Below the pieces are notes generated by a model, which made no database searches, had not been told where the DNA came from, and saw only the letters and a list, made by a program, of their open reading frames with translations. DNA of 64,000 bases from Tannerella sp. (GTDB lineage Bacteria > Bacteroidota > Bacteroidia > Bacteroidales > Tannerellaceae): positions 13,321 to 77,320 of the forward strand of contig JAITPV010000047.1 of assembly GCA_031289275.1 (NCBI GenBank), given 5' to 3'. Positions 19,397 to 30,589 of this stretch are shown piece after piece. Both the position numbers and the translations under genes were made by a program. Numbering within the stretch: position 1 is the first letter of the stretch; each line of letters begins with the position of its first letter.

Positions 19397-20638
19397 ATGA
19401 TGGAACAGATCAAACAAGCCGTTGCCGCCTCACAGACCCTGCCCGGATGCAGCGACGGGCAGATCGGCCGCGTGCTGACGGACACGGCAGACGCCCTGAT
19501 GGAAAAACAAACCGGAGTATTGGAAGCCAACGCCAAAGACTTGGCCCGGATGCGTCCGGACAACCCCAAATATGACCGGTTGAAACTGACGGAGCAACGG
19601 CTCGAAGGAATGGCCGGCGATATGCGACAAGTGGCTGCGTTGCCCTCGCCGGTGGGAAAGATACTCTACGAAGCCATCCGTCCGAACGGGATGAGGATCC
19701 GGAAAGTCGCCGTTCCGTTCGGCGTGATCGGCATCATCTACGAAGCGCGTCCGAACGTGACGTTCGATGTGTTTTCCCTGTGCCTCAAGGCGGGGAACGT
19801 CTGCCTGTTGAAAGGCGGTTCGGATGCGAACGATTCCAACCTGGCGCTGGCCGGGATTATCCGCGAGGTCTTGGAAAGTCACGGGATGGATCCGGCCATA
19901 TGCACGCTGTTACCGCCCGGTCGCGAAGCCACAACGGCCTTGTTGCAAGCCGTGGGAAGCGTAGATTTGGTTATTCCGCGCGGAAGCGGCGCCCTGATCC
20001 GGCATGTGCGTGATAACGCGCTTGTCCCGGTGATTGAGACCGGCGCCGGCATCTGTCATACGTATTTCGACCGGGCCGGCGACCGGGAAAAAGGCCGCGA
20101 CATCGTGACGAATGCCAAAACCCGCCGCGTGAGCGTTTGCAATGCCTTGGACTGCCTGATTATCCATCAGGACAGGCTGGAGGACTTGCCGTTCATCTGT
20201 AGCAAACTGTCCGACAGCCAAGTCGTCATCTATGCCGACGAACCGGCGTTGGGCGCATTGTCCGGGCATTATCCGCCCGCACTGCTCCAACCGGCTACGG
20301 CGGAAAGTTTCGGCATCGAATTTTTGGATTACAAAATGAGTATCCGCACCGTGGCCTCGCTGAACGAAGCCTTGGAACATATCGCCCGGTACAGTTCGAA
20401 ACACAGCGAAAGCATCGTCAGCGAATCGCCGGAGGCCATTCGTTTCTTCGAGCGGCAAGTCGACGCGGCATGTGTATACGCCAACGTGTCAACGGCCTTT
20501 ACCGACGGGGCGCAGTTTGGTTTCGGCGCGGAAATCGGCATCAGCACGCAGAAACTGCACGCTCGCGGGCCGATGGCATTGCCCGAACTGACTACCTACA
20601 AATATATTATTGAAGGAGACGGGCAAGTTAGGAATTAA
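19397..20638 (+). CDS. proA: Gamma-glutamyl phosphate reductase
   Basis: [42 protein letters not shown]. Confidence 0.97.
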   Translation: MMEQIKQAVAASQTLPGCSDGQIGRVLTDTADALMEKQTGVLEANAKDLARMRPDNPKYDRLKLTEQRLEGMAGDMRQVAALPSPVGKILYEAIRPNGMRIRKVAVPFGVIGIIYEARPNVTFDVFSLCLKAGNVCLLKGGSDANDSNLALAGIIREVLESHGMDPAICTLLPPGREATTALLQAVGSVDLVIPRGSGALIRHVRDNALVPVIETGAGICHTYFDRAGDREKGRDIVTNAKTRRVSVCNALDCLIIHQDRLEDLPFICSKLSDSQVVIYADEPALGALSGHYPPALLQPATAESFGIEFLDYKMSIRTVASLNEALEHIARYSSKHSESIVSESPEAIRFFERQVDAACVYANVSTAFTDGAQFGFGAEIGISTQKLHARGPMALPELTTYKYIIEGDGQVRN

Positions 20639-20741
20639 GAATTAAAAATTAAGAGTTAAGAGTTATGATTACAGAGTTGAGAGTTGGGAATGAGACAATG
20701 CAGGGAATGGAAATTCACTGTTCACTATTAAATAAATAAGT

Positions 20742-21695
20742 ATGAGAAATTTTACGTGTGTACAAGATATTGGAGATTGGAAACAGGCCGTTCAAGAGGC
20801 CTTGGAGATTAAAAAAGACCGTTACCGGTATACGGAACTGGGGAAGAACAAGACGTTGATGATGATTTTCTTCAATTCCAGTTTGCGGACACGTCTGAGT
20901 ACGCAAAAGGCGGCCATGAATCTGGGGATGAACACCATCGTACTGGATGTGAATCAAGGCGCCTGGCGGTTGGAGACGGAGCGCGGAGTGATCATGGACG
21001 GCGATAAACCGGAACATCTGCTGGAGGCCATTCCCGTGATGGGATGTTATTGCGACGTGATCGGCATCCGTTCGTTTGCCCGCTTTGAGAGTAAGGAGGA
21101 TGATTACAACGAAAAAATCCTGAACCAATTCATTCAATATTCCGGACGCCCGGTATTCAGCATGGAAGCCGCTACACGCCATCCCTTGCAGAGTTTTGCC
21201 GACCTGATCACCATCGAAGAATACAGGCAAACCGCCCGTCCGAAAATAGTCATGACGTGGGCGCCTCATCCGCGGGCGCTTCCGCAGGCCGTGCCGAACA
21301 GCTTTGCCGAATGGATGAATGTGACCGGATACGAGTTTGTCATCACCCATCCCGAAGGCTACGAGTTAGACCCGGCTTTTGTTGGCCATGCCCGGGTGGA
21401 ATACGACCGGCGCAAGGCGTTTGAAGGGGCGGATTTCGTGTATGCCAAGAACTGGGCGGCCTATACAGACCCGCACTACGGGCACGTTATCCATGCCGAC
21501 CGCGCCTGGACGGTAGATTCCGAAAAGATGGCGCTGACGAACAACGCTTTCTTTATGCACTGCCTGCCCGTGCGGCGCAATATGATTGTGACGGACGATG
21601 TGATTGAAAGCCCGCAGAGCATCGTCATTCCCGAAGCCGCCAACCGCGAAATCTCCGCACAGACCGTTCTGAAACGTATGATCGAACAATTATAA
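20742..21695 (+). CDS. argF: N-succinylornithine carbamoyltransferase (ArgF'-type)
   Basis: SLRT, HPLQ, HCLP; MDGDKPEH carries the Pro characteristic of the Bacteroides succinyl-specific enzyme. Confidence 0.9.
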   Translation: MRNFTCVQDIGDWKQAVQEALEIKKDRYRYTELGKNKTLMMIFFNSSLRTRLSTQKAAMNLGMNTIVLDVNQGAWRLETERGVIMDGDKPEHLLEAIPVMGCYCDVIGIRSFARFESKEDDYNEKILNQFIQYSGRPVFSMEAATRHPLQSFADLITIEEYRQTARPKIVMTWAPHPRALPQAVPNSFAEWMNVTGYEFVITHPEGYELDPAFVGHARVEYDRRKAFEGADFVYAKNWAAYTDPHYGHVIHADRAWTVDSEKMALTNNAFFMHCLPVRRNMIVTDDVIESPQSIVIPEAANREISAQTVLKRMIEQL

Positions 21696-21727
21696 TTCAA
21701 AGATTCAATGATTCAATGATTCAACAC

Positions 21728-21760
21728 AAAGGGCGAAAGACTCACGTCTTCCGCCCTTTT
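21728..21760. terminator. Bidirectional intrinsic terminator
   Basis: AAAGGGCG-AAAGAC-TCAC-GTCTT-C-CGCCCTTTT between convergent genes. Confidence 0.8.
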
Positions 21761-21810
21761 CCAAATAAATAAACTGAAAAATTTTATAACCTCTACGTTA
21801 TAACCTCTCT

Positions 21811-24800
21811 CTATTTAATAATCACCTTATGCACGGTGCCATCTTTCAATGTAATCACATATACGCCGCGTCCCAGCGGTATGGAGGTATTTCCTTCCGA
21901 CAATTCGATCCGTTTGACCAACTGGCCGGCTATCGAATAGATGCTGGCAATGTCTTCCTGCTCTACCTTTATATATAACATGTTGTTGTGCGACCATACG
22001 GCGGTGCCGTCTTCTATCGAAGCTGTCCCCACATAACCCGGGCCGATACGCAGGTATATATCTTCCTGCACATTACGGATCACATATTCATATTCGCCGT
22101 TTTCATTCAGCGTGCCGACCAGATCGTCTTCCAATACACCCTTGATAAGACGGTTCGTATTTACCGTTAACGGTAACTTGGCGGCAAAATTCAGCGAGAA
22201 CGCAAAATCGGTATGCGACCGCACGTAATGAATGCCCGGAGGTATGTTGGACGTTACGCCCGCCACATCAGGCATATGTATCTGTATCTCGCGGTTGATG
22301 ATCGGCATCCGTTGCGGAACGATACACAAACTTACCATATGACATTCATCGTCAAAATCCAACGCCAGGTTATACGTCCCGTCTATGGACGGATGATCCT
22401 TCGACGTCAGTGTAGACTTGCTTAACTGCAAGTTGTTCAGATTACTCGGATCGCCGACGCTCTCATAATGGAGTATCGGGAAACACCTTTGTTCGTAGGC
22501 ATCCAGGAGCAAGCCTTCCGGACGGATCAGAACATCTATCTTCACCGGCCCGCGAAGGAACAAATCCTTCACATCCAAGAAATCGGCATATGCGCCTACC
22601 TGATACCGGCTGCCGTCGCCACAGCTGAACGTCTCCGAGAAATTGCTTGCGCTTTCGCCCAGCGAAAGACGGATGTTGGCGCCTTGGTCCATCCGCAGAT
22701 TCTGCGTACGCAGGATACCGGCTTTCTGCTCGTAGCAGTTGCCGTAGCGTCCCAGCGAGCCGTAACCCGGAGCCAGGGTCGCTTCGATTTCCACATATAC
22801 GTCGTTGTGCAACCAGCCGAAGCCGCCGAAGATGGAACTCGTGATCACCGACAGCGTCGGGTCTTCCAGCCATAACTGGCTGTAGCCGAACCGTGAGCAG
22901 GCCGGGCCGATGGGTTCCATATGCAAATGACGGGTATAGATGCCGGCATAGTTCTTGGACAGCATCTGCTCTTCGGAGATCAACTCGAAGTGACCGCTGC
23001 GCGTCTTGTCAAATGTCTTAAGTTCTACATGATTGCGCACCTTAAACGTGTCCGTGAAGAACTTCGTGTCTATCGACGGATTGCCCAGCGTATGGTCAAA
23101 ACTGTCCGTCAGGAAAGTGATGATCGCATGGTCGGCCACCATCGTATGCAAACGCGGCATACCGGCGTCATTGCGGAACGTCACGTTAAGCGTTTCCAGC
23201 GGAGTGGTGCTCCCGCTTTTGCGCGTATCCTTTTCATGCGTATAACAGACACTGCAATTATTGGGTTCCGCCGACGGAGGCGTCCCGCGGTGGTGACCCA
23301 GCTTCAGGATCGGCATGTCGCGATACAGACCGCTCCAGGTGGAGAAGGTCGTCTTCGGGCCGTCGATGATCAGGCTGTCGTGGACGATCAGACTGTCTGT
23401 CCGGATTGTAATGTTCGTTTGCGTACCCGCGTCGCGCGACGTATTCAAGTCCAGGAATCCGTACGATTCCAGTACCGGCGACGTGATCAGCGCCTTTTGC
23501 TTCTGCGCGTAGATACGGGCATCGGAATGGAACGTCACGCGAGCCGTCTGATGCAGGAAACTGAGTCCGTGACATATGTCCTCGGCGCACGCGGCGCCGA
23601 TGAACGGATTGGCCTGATGATCAATTTCAAAATCCGATATGTTATAATTCGTCTTGTTGGCCTGCGTCTTGATGTAGAGACCGTAGCCGGAGACGTTTTC
23701 ACCATGCAGATGGCCGTAGCCCGGTACGGCGCTCATGCCCGCGCCCTGACCACCGGTGTAGACCATCGCCTTGTATACGTCGATCAGGTCGGATGCCACT
23801 GCCGCAAAACCACCCTTCGTGATCGGAGCGGTTCCGTCCGTATCGAAGTTCAGGATCAGGTTACGCGCATGGTTTTCGGTCGTGTCGGCGTCGCAATGGT
23901 AATTGGACGTACTGCAAAGATAACCGCCGTCATAATTCGGGCTGAAGAATGGGTCTCTGCTTGTTCCGATGGTTCGCAGGCCGCCGTATTGCAACTTGAT
24001 ATTGTTGTCTGCGCCGATAAACACGCTGCCGCCATCGGCATGGCTCCGGTACTGGAAATCCTGTAGATAGACGTTGTTACGTTCTTCTTCGCAGGTACAG
24101 GGATCGACTGTCAGCTTGCCCGACAATTCGCTGTTGGCTAAGAACAGCAGGCCGCCGCGCAGGGAATCCGCATCGAACGGATAGCGCATGTCGATATTGC
24201 CCCAACGGGTCAGGAACGAAGCGTTACCCGCATTTTGCTGAAATTCGAGGTAGGCGCCCTTATTAATAATGATATTGCCTTGCGTTCCGGCATCCACCAG
24301 CAGACTGCCGTTGTTGCCGTGATAAATCAGACTGGTATCATTGGCCGTACCATTCGGCCCCTGGGCCGGAGCGTATGAACTCCAGTTTGCATCCGTACCG
24401 CAAGCGCCTATGCCACCGATTATACCGGCATGTTCGTAATGCACACGGGCTTCTTGTGCGACCGGTGTAGTTTGGCCCAACTTGGACAAATGTCCGGCCT
24501 CCGTACAAGTATACTCGTTCGAGAACGGTATCTTGATATTCGTTCCTGAAGCGGCGCCTTTGGCAAGCGATTCGGCGATATGCGCAAAGTAGATATTGCC
24601 GCCGCCGTCGGACTGCGTATTTACCTGATCGTCGTATCCGGCCAGCACATTCAGCACGCCATTGTGTGCAGGATTATGTACATTATATGTAAATACGTTA
24701 TCGTCGAAAGTATACGGCGTGCCGGAAAGCGGATTAAGACATACGTCCGGTCTCATGCTGTATCCAAGGAATATATCGCCTTTATAGGATTCCACGGTGG

Positions 24801-27800
24801 TATTGTTGCCCGTAGACAAATGGTCTTCATAATTCACTGCCGCCGTGCGGATATTGTATTTGGCCAGCACATCGGTTTGTCCTGTTCCCGTATTCGTCCG
24901 CGTAATCTTTACCGAATCATTCAGAAAGATATTTCCGTCAACCGTATGACGTGGATCGTCCGTGCCGTTAGATATACGGGAAGCCGGAGCGCCGCCAGAA
25001 GGAGTTGCTGCATAATTATACGGATGGACATCACTGACGGCCGAGAATAATATCCGGTTGTCGCTGTCGTAATCAATATTAAACCAACGGTCTGTCGTAA
25101 GATTACCCCCCTGCGCGACCAGATGCAGATCCTCTACACTGTTACCGGTGTCATTGTATTTGAAATTCACCGTATCTTTCGTATGCAGGTTGCGGTCGGC
25201 TATCCAGCGCGTCAGCGCGGCATACTTCACTTCAAAGTAGATCGGCGCCGTTTTTGTATTGTTGCAATCTTCCAGATTGGTCAGAATGTCTTGATGAGCA
25301 TGCAATAAAATATCTGCCGAACTGCTGTTGTCGAACCATGTCACCGTATCCAGGAAATGGATGTTTTGACCGGCTTCGATCGTCGTCTCACTCGCGTCTG
25401 TATTCTCACGGTTCACGTGCAGTACGCCATCCAGCGTTACATCGCCGCCCACTGCATGAAGCATGACCGGAGCATTATTCGCCGGGCCGTAGTTAATAAT
25501 CAAAGGCTCTTCGTTAAGGGGATTCCCTGCGAGAGCGTTCTTCCTTTCCGAAAGAATACTGTCATTTGCGATAAGCCACAGGGAACCTGGAAGTCCCGGA
25601 TTCCCGTGAGCTATCCCGCGCAGGGTGCCGGTTAGAGCAGTGCCAAACTGGTTAAAGGTCGTGGAGTCGTTCAACTCAATGTTTTCAGTCTGCGCCCACC
25701 ATTTGATATAAGCGTCGTTGACGGCAGGGGCATTGTTGAACGTTACCACATTATTCGTAAAGATATTCCGACCGGCAATCCACTCCGTATTTGCGCCGGT
25801 TGCGCCGGAGTTGTTGAACGTGACAAAGCCTTCATTGCCGGGTGTACCCCTGTTCGTCTCGATATTCCCTGTTTCAGCCCACCATTTGGTATTGCCCGTG
25901 TCGGTGTTGGTAAATACGACCGTGTCGTTGGTCGTGATATTGATATACGCCTGCCAGTCCGTATTACCCGTCTGCGTATTGTTGAAGGTGACGGAATCGT
26001 TGGTAATAATACTTCCGGTATGGGCTTGCCATTTGGTGTCGCTGTTGGTCACGTTGTTGAAATTGATATGCGCATTTGTGATAATATTGTTTTCAGCGCT
26101 CCAGTACGTATCGGCATCTGTTGTGGAGGAATGCAAATTCTGGAAATCCACCCGGCCTATATATCCATCATTACCTGAACCATATCCTGTTATAATATCT
26201 CCGTCATCAGCTCTCCAGGTCGTATAGCCGGTGCCCTCATTAAGAAAGGTAATGGGTTTTTCCGTCCAGATATTTGCACCTGCCCACCAGTCCGTATTTC
26301 CGGTAGCAGTAGCAGTACTGGTAAACCCGACCGTATCTTTTGTATTAATATTTCTTGCTGCGTGCCACTCCGTATTCGCGGTAGAGGTATTGATGAACGT
26401 TACCGAATCGTTGGTGATAATATCTTCCACATCCGTTTCCCATAACGTATTACCATGCGTTTGGTTGTAGAAATACACATGTGCATTCGTTATGATATTA
26501 TTATACGCACTCCATGTGGTATAGGGGTTTGTTGCAGTGGTATTCATGTTCAGAAATTCCACCCGGCCTATATATCCATCATTACCTGCTCCATATCCTG
26601 TTACAATATTTCCACCGTTGGCACGCCACATTGTATATCCGGTTCCATAGTTAACAAAGGTGACCAGTTTTTCTGTCCGGATATTACTTCCTGCATACCA
26701 GTCTGTAGTTCCTATCGAAGTACTTGTATGCAGGAAGTTGATCACGTTCTGCGTATGAATATTGTTTCCGGCTCTCCATTCCGTAAGACCTTGGCCTTCG
26801 TGCGTAAAGAATACGCCGTTCTCCGCAGATAACGGCGATTCATAGTCAGTAGAGGTTACAATATCATGAACGGCCGTCCACTTCGTATGACCGGCACCGT
26901 GTACCAGATTATTAAACGTGATCGTATCCTTCGTAAGGATGTCATTCCCGGCAATCCAGTCAATAGTCGAAGCATAATCATTCTCGAATTTCACCTGAGA
27001 GTTGGTTTCAATATTATTATGGGCTTCCCATTTCAAATGTCCAGTGGTTACATCCACTTTATTGTGAGCATACACGGGCGCTGTTCCGGCAGCCGTGATA
27101 ATATTACCGGTACCACAATAACCCGTAGCGTCTCCCATAGCTTGTACCCAATAATCGCTATTTCCTGTACCATTATAGGTGTGCTCTCTGTTTATTTGAA
27201 CCACATTGCCGGCACGCAAAGTCGTATGTCCTGTACTCGACGCATTAAACGTTGCCGGCACATTATAAGTCAACGTATGTGCAATGTCCGTTAAAAAGCT
27301 ACCCGAACTGTTTATATTAATCGTAATGGGAGACGTATCAAACGTAATATCCAGATTTTCACAAGTTGCAGCCGGATTATGCGCATAGATTTGCCAGCCG
27401 CGCGTACCTACACCGCCGGAAGGAAACATCGTCTCTGAGTTGTACAGTGTAAAGGCATTGTCACCATAATTACCTATATTCCCTGCACCATCATAGTAGT
27501 ATGAGCCGGTGTAAACCTGACCTGACTGGTTGAAGTATTTTCCTACTACATCGCCGCTGCCTCCGGTTGTGGTTGCAAGGAACATAGCGGCTTGACTGGC
27601 AGTGTTAGTTGCAGACCCAATAAGGATCGTTCCACCCGCTGCATTAGTGCGTATATCCGGGCCGGGAATATATTGTGTATTTATTCCTATCACGGAATTG
27701 GTAAGAAATCCATTGGTGCCGTTGACTGCACCGTTTGTCACAATACTTGCCGCATCAAAAGTCGCATCATTCATCAAGGTGTAAGGAGTACCAGAAGTCG

Positions 27801-28812
27801 GCAATTCAAGGGTTGTTACTGTATTGGTATGTGTATCGGCGCCAATACTAACGTTACTGATTCCTGTTAAACGGACATGTGAACCGGCAACCAAAATGAT
27901 CTCTGCGGGACGATAACCTCCGAGATGGCTGTCTGTTGTACCCCAAGTAACGTAGTAATGAGGCGGATTATCACTATCCTCATCACTTGAAGAGTTGTAC
28001 CCCGCTTGTAGATTATAAGAACCGTCGCAATACACATAGAAATCTCTATACGTCATGGAAAATTTATGACTATCCGATGGATTCGGATTGGTATAAGTAG
28101 TCTCATAATAATACCAAGGGTTCTCCATAAAATGAAACTGTTCTAATACCCAAGGGACAGCCGAAGATGTCAAAGAATTTCCGTCTATTGTTATTGTGGT
28201 AGTGTAATTATAAACCAGTGATCCCGTTGACCCTATAGCAAAGCCGTTTCCATTCGGAATTGATGGAGCCGCTACAGTGACAGAAGATCCCCCGATTGTT
28301 TTCGTAAACTCAGAATATGGGTTAGCGACATTATGCCAACTTCCGTCTTCGAAGTATTGATTGTGATATGTACCAGCAGATACACTACCACCATATGTAC
28401 AACTTTCATATGAGTTAGATCCGTAATTGAATTTCAACGTATATGTTACGTCGTTTGTTGCTCGTGATACACCGTTGCCATCACCATTTATCACCCTGTG
28501 TCCTACATAGTTGGTACTTCCTCCCACAGTAATTCTACCACCATCCGTCGCAAAGCCTTGATTAGTACTACCCCACATGCCTGTATTTGTACTTCCTCCT
28601 GAACTTGCGGGCGTTAGGATTCCGGTTTCTCCGGGGCCATAGTTATTCTCAACTGTAAAACCGGAACTAATAGTGGCAGAAGCAGTAGCAGAAGTAGTTG
28701 AATGAGCTGAACCTGACGCAGCAGGAGTAGTAACTACCTGTCCCCAGACCGCATTATTATTACTCAGTGCGAAGGCCAAGAGAATACTCAATAACGTAAA
28801 TTTCTTTTTCAT
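21811..28812 (-). CDS. 2333-aa T9SS-secreted surface protein with internal ~28-30 aa beta repeats
   Basis: Sec signal peptide; type A CTD (IYSIAGQLV...GVYVITL...KVIIK); repeats such as NIITNDSVTF.NT..GNT.W.A. Confidence 0.9.
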   Translation of the reverse strand: MKKKFTLLSILLAFALSNNNAVWGQVVTTPAASGSAHSTTSATASATISSGFTVENNYGPGETGILTPASSGGSTNTGMWGSTNQGFATDGGRITVGGSTNYVGHRVINGDGNGVSRATNDVTYTLKFNYGSNSYESCTYGGSVSAGTYHNQYFEDGSWHNVANPYSEFTKTIGGSSVTVAAPSIPNGNGFAIGSTGSLVYNYTTTITIDGNSLTSSAVPWVLEQFHFMENPWYYYETTYTNPNPSDSHKFSMTYRDFYVYCDGSYNLQAGYNSSSDEDSDNPPHYYVTWGTTDSHLGGYRPAEIILVAGSHVRLTGISNVSIGADTHTNTVTTLELPTSGTPYTLMNDATFDAASIVTNGAVNGTNGFLTNSVIGINTQYIPGPDIRTNAAGGTILIGSATNTASQAAMFLATTTGGSGDVVGKYFNQSGQVYTGSYYYDGAGNIGNYGDNAFTLYNSETMFPSGGVGTRGWQIYAHNPAATCENLDITFDTSPITININSSGSFLTDIAHTLTYNVPATFNASSTGHTTLRAGNVVQINREHTYNGTGNSDYWVQAMGDATGYCGTGNIITAAGTAPVYAHNKVDVTTGHLKWEAHNNIETNSQVKFENDYASTIDWIAGNDILTKDTITFNNLVHGAGHTKWTAVHDIVTSTDYESPLSAENGVFFTHEGQGLTEWRAGNNIHTQNVINFLHTSTSIGTTDWYAGSNIRTEKLVTFVNYGTGYTMWRANGGNIVTGYGAGNDGYIGRVEFLNMNTTATNPYTTWSAYNNIITNAHVYFYNQTHGNTLWETDVEDIITNDSVTFINTSTANTEWHAARNINTKDTVGFTSTATATGNTDWWAGANIWTEKPITFLNEGTGYTTWRADDGDIITGYGSGNDGYIGRVDFQNLHSSTTDADTYWSAENNIITNAHINFNNVTNSDTKWQAHTGSIITNDSVTFNNTQTGNTDWQAYINITTNDTVVFTNTDTGNTKWWAETGNIETNRGTPGNEGFVTFNNSGATGANTEWIAGRNIFTNNVVTFNNAPAVNDAYIKWWAQTENIELNDSTTFNQFGTALTGTLRGIAHGNPGLPGSLWLIANDSILSERKNALAGNPLNEEPLIINYGPANNAPVMLHAVGGDVTLDGVLHVNRENTDASETTIEAGQNIHFLDTVTWFDNSSSADILLHAHQDILTNLEDCNNTKTAPIYFEVKYAALTRWIADRNLHTKDTVNFKYNDTGNSVEDLHLVAQGGNLTTDRWFNIDYDSDNRILFSAVSDVHPYNYAATPSGGAPASRISNGTDDPRHTVDGNIFLNDSVKITRTNTGTGQTDVLAKYNIRTAAVNYEDHLSTGNNTTVESYKGDIFLGYSMRPDVCLNPLSGTPYTFDDNVFTYNVHNPAHNGVLNVLAGYDDQVNTQSDGGGNIYFAHIAESLAKGAASGTNIKIPFSNEYTCTEAGHLSKLGQTTPVAQEARVHYEHAGIIGGIGACGTDANWSSYAPAQGPNGTANDTSLIYHGNNGSLLVDAGTQGNIIINKGAYLEFQQNAGNASFLTRWGNIDMRYPFDADSLRGGLLFLANSELSGKLTVDPCTCEEERNNVYLQDFQYRSHADGGSVFIGADNNIKLQYGGLRTIGTSRDPFFSPNYDGGYLCSTSNYHCDADTTENHARNLILNFDTDGTAPITKGGFAAVASDLIDVYKAMVYTGGQGAGMSAVPGYGHLHGENVSGYGLYIKTQANKTNYNISDFEIDHQANPFIGAACAEDICHGLSFLHQTARVTFHSDARIYAQKQKALITSPVLESYGFLDLNTSRDAGTQTNITIRTDSLIVHDSLIIDGPKTTFSTWSGLYRDMPILKLGHHRGTPPSAEPNNCSVCYTHEKDTRKSGSTTPLETLNVTFRNDAGMPRLHTMVADHAIITFLTDSFDHTLGNPSIDTKFFTDTFKVRNHVELKTFDKTRSGHFELISEEQMLSKNYAGIYTRHLHMEPIGPACSRFGYSQLWLEDPTLSVITSSIFGGFGWLHNDVYVEIEATLAPGYGSLGRYGNCYEQKAGILRTQNLRMDQGANIRLSLGESASNFSETFSCGDGSRYQVGAYADFLDVKDLFLRGPVKIDVLIRPEGLLLDAYEQRCFPILHYESVGDPSNLNNLQLSKSTLTSKDHPSIDGTYNLALDFDDECHMVSLCIVPQRMPIINREIQIHMPDVAGVTSNIPPGIHYVRSHTDFAFSLNFAAKLPLTVNTNRLIKGVLEDDLVGTLNENGEYEYVIRNVQEDIYLRIGPGYVGTASIEDGTAVWSHNNMLYIKVEQEDIASIYSIAGQLVKRIELSEGNTSIPLGRGVYVITLKDGTVHKVIIK

Positions 28813-28911
28813 ATCTAATTGTTTTAAATGTTCTTATTATCTTGTATCAGACGAGATTCGGCCTCGTTCGTATGATTTTTGCAGGCGCTGCCTGCGTGTA
28901 TATATATAATT

Positions 28912-29005
28912 GTCTGAACTGTGATTTTAATATGATTTGAATGATTTAAATGATTAAGAATAATCATATGAATCAAATTAATCATATTAAAATCACAGTT
29001 CAGAC
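28912..29005. mobile_element. MITE-like element with 26-bp perfect terminal inverted repeat; further copies at about 29424-29510 and a partial at 29280-29305
   Basis: GTCTGAACTGTGATTTTAATATGATT ... AATCATATTAAAATCACAGTTCAGAC. Confidence 0.7.
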
Positions 29006-29142
29006 GAGATGAAGCAGTCGCCAATGCACTAAATCCATCGGTTGTATAGGCGATTGCTTTGCTTCGCGCGCAATGACGAGGTGCGACGGATTCCGCCGTA
29101 CTGCGTGCGCAATGACGCGGTTGTTCTTCGCGGTAACAGAGA

Positions 29143-29258
29143 GAATCCGAAGGATTCACATGTTTATAGCCCAATCCGTCACGACATACATTCGACCCCT
29201 TCGGGGTCGCACCTCTTCGGTCATGGCAATTGCTATAAACATGCGACCCGTTGGGTCG
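29143..29258. repeat. Multi-hairpin REP/REPIN-like element
   Basis: GAATCC-GAA-GGATTC; CATGTTTATAGC...GCTATAAACATG; CGACCCC-TTC-GGGGTCG; CGACCC-GTT-GGGTCG. Confidence 0.75.
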
Positions 29259-29684
29259 GGTATTCATCATTCTCTCCTTTGTCCGAACTGTGATTTCCAT
29301 ATGATTCTCATGAGAATTGAGAATTGAAAATGGAGAATTGAGAATTAGGAGATGACTGTCGGTATTCTGCGTCGTGTTGGGTTTGATGCCATTTCTCAAC
29401 ACAACGCCGTGCCTCCTGCTAATTGTCCGAACTGTGATTTTAATATGATTTGAATGATTAAGAATAATTATATGAATCAAATTAATCACTTTAAAATCAC
29501 AGTTCAGACAGGATGCGGCCGCCGCCAATGCACTAAATCCATCAGTTGTATAGGCGATTGCTTTGCTTCGCGCGCAATGACGAGGTGCGACGGATTCCGC
29601 CGTACTGCGTGCGCCATGACGCGGTGTTCTCGTAAATGATTCCTTACATTTCATTTTCAATTCTCAATTCTCAATTTTCCTGCT

Positions 29685-29846
29685 GTCCCGACTTCGTTTT
29701 TTGGCGAACGGGACTTCGTTTTGTCGCTGACGGGACTTCGTTCTTGCGAAGTCCCGTTCCCGTTTTGTCAAAGTCCCGTTCTCGAAAGAACGAAGTCCCG
29801 TTCGCGCGAGAACGATGTCCCGACATACAAACTTTCATGTCCCGTC
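29685..29846. repeat. Tandem array 3: about 8 cores AACGGGACTTCGTT at 22-bp period with an orientation switch after the third
   Basis: Forward cores at about 29685, 29707 and 29729; reverse cores (AACGAAGTCCCGTT-like) at 29745, 29767, 29789, 29811 and about 29833. Confidence 0.85.
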
Positions 29847-29924
29847 ATGGAGAAAACGCAGTGGGAATCTGGGATTTTCCCCACCGCATTTTCATCCTTT
29901 TCGAGACGTCGTGTTCCGGCTACG

Positions 29925-30329
29925 TCACGCCTTTGAATGGGTGACGAGTGTTTCGGCCGGAACAAACTCGGCATGTGCCAAGCCTTCCTTCAGGGTTGCA
30001 CCGGGAGCGAAACGGACGTTGAGCTTTTGAATGCTGCGTCCCGTCACTTCTTCACTCGTTTCGTGCATCGAACTGTTACAGGTGAGATGAAACGATCCCC
30101 AGTCGCCCAACTGCACACTGTTGCCGGACAGCAATTCGCGCAGGAGAATTTTCTCCAGTTGCGACATGGCCATCTCCGCTTCCTTGTTGTTGAGCGTCGT
30201 TTCATCGGCTATCAGTTTAGCCACCCGCTTTTCACGAACCATACTTATACGCTTGAGCGAGGCGTACCACTTTTTTTCCTTCGGATTGGAAGGTAATGCT
30301 CTTTGGACTCTATTGAAAAATATTGCCAT
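29925..30329 (-). CDS. HU-related DNA-binding protein (Bacteroidetes HU_rel / HU-HIG type)
   Basis: KKWYA, IADETTL...E, L.SG.SVQLGDWGSF, VRFAPG. Confidence 0.88.
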   Translation of the reverse strand: MAIFFNRVQRALPSNPKEKKWYASLKRISMVREKRVAKLIADETTLNNKEAEMAMSQLEKILLRELLSGNSVQLGDWGSFHLTCNSSMHETSEEVTGRSIQKLNVRFAPGATLKEGLAHAEFVPAETLVTHSKA

Positions 30330-30521
30330 AGTAATATATAATTAAAAAATCAAATAACTCGTATTTGTATGCAGCCAACGGCGCCGCACCGACCGGAAAC
30401 TCACGGTACAGGGACACATCTCCGGCTGCTCCTTCCGGATAAGGAGCGCCGATAAATGGTACAAATTGTACTTGGTAAATAGTTGAATGGAAGGTTTTTT
30501 TTATTACCTTCCCGCGCGAGG

Positions 30522-30589
<68 letters not shown>

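Larger units (their letters stand above)
28909..29625. repeat. ~210-bp direct repeat (28909-29121 and 29421-29625) within a mosaic of palindromic elements
   Basis: Near-identical MITE plus gccaatgcactaaatccatc...gcaatgacgaggtgcgacggattccgccg segments. A third partial copy lies at 30748-30852. Confidence 0.9.

Noticed and set aside
26151..26609. DGR template/variable repeat pair in the T9SS protein
   Set aside because: Both copies are in-frame internal repeats, the few differences are not adenine-specific, and there is no reverse transcriptase in the window.
28909..29625. Autonomous IS or composite transposon bounded by the ~210-bp direct repeats
   Set aside because: There is no transposase or integrase ORF; the interior is itself made of repeats.
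30370..30470. Possible riboswitch or ncRNA upstream of the HU-like gene
   Set aside because: There is one clear hairpin (GCTCCTT-CCGGAT-AAGGAGC) but no family motif I can recognise; it would need an Infernal search.
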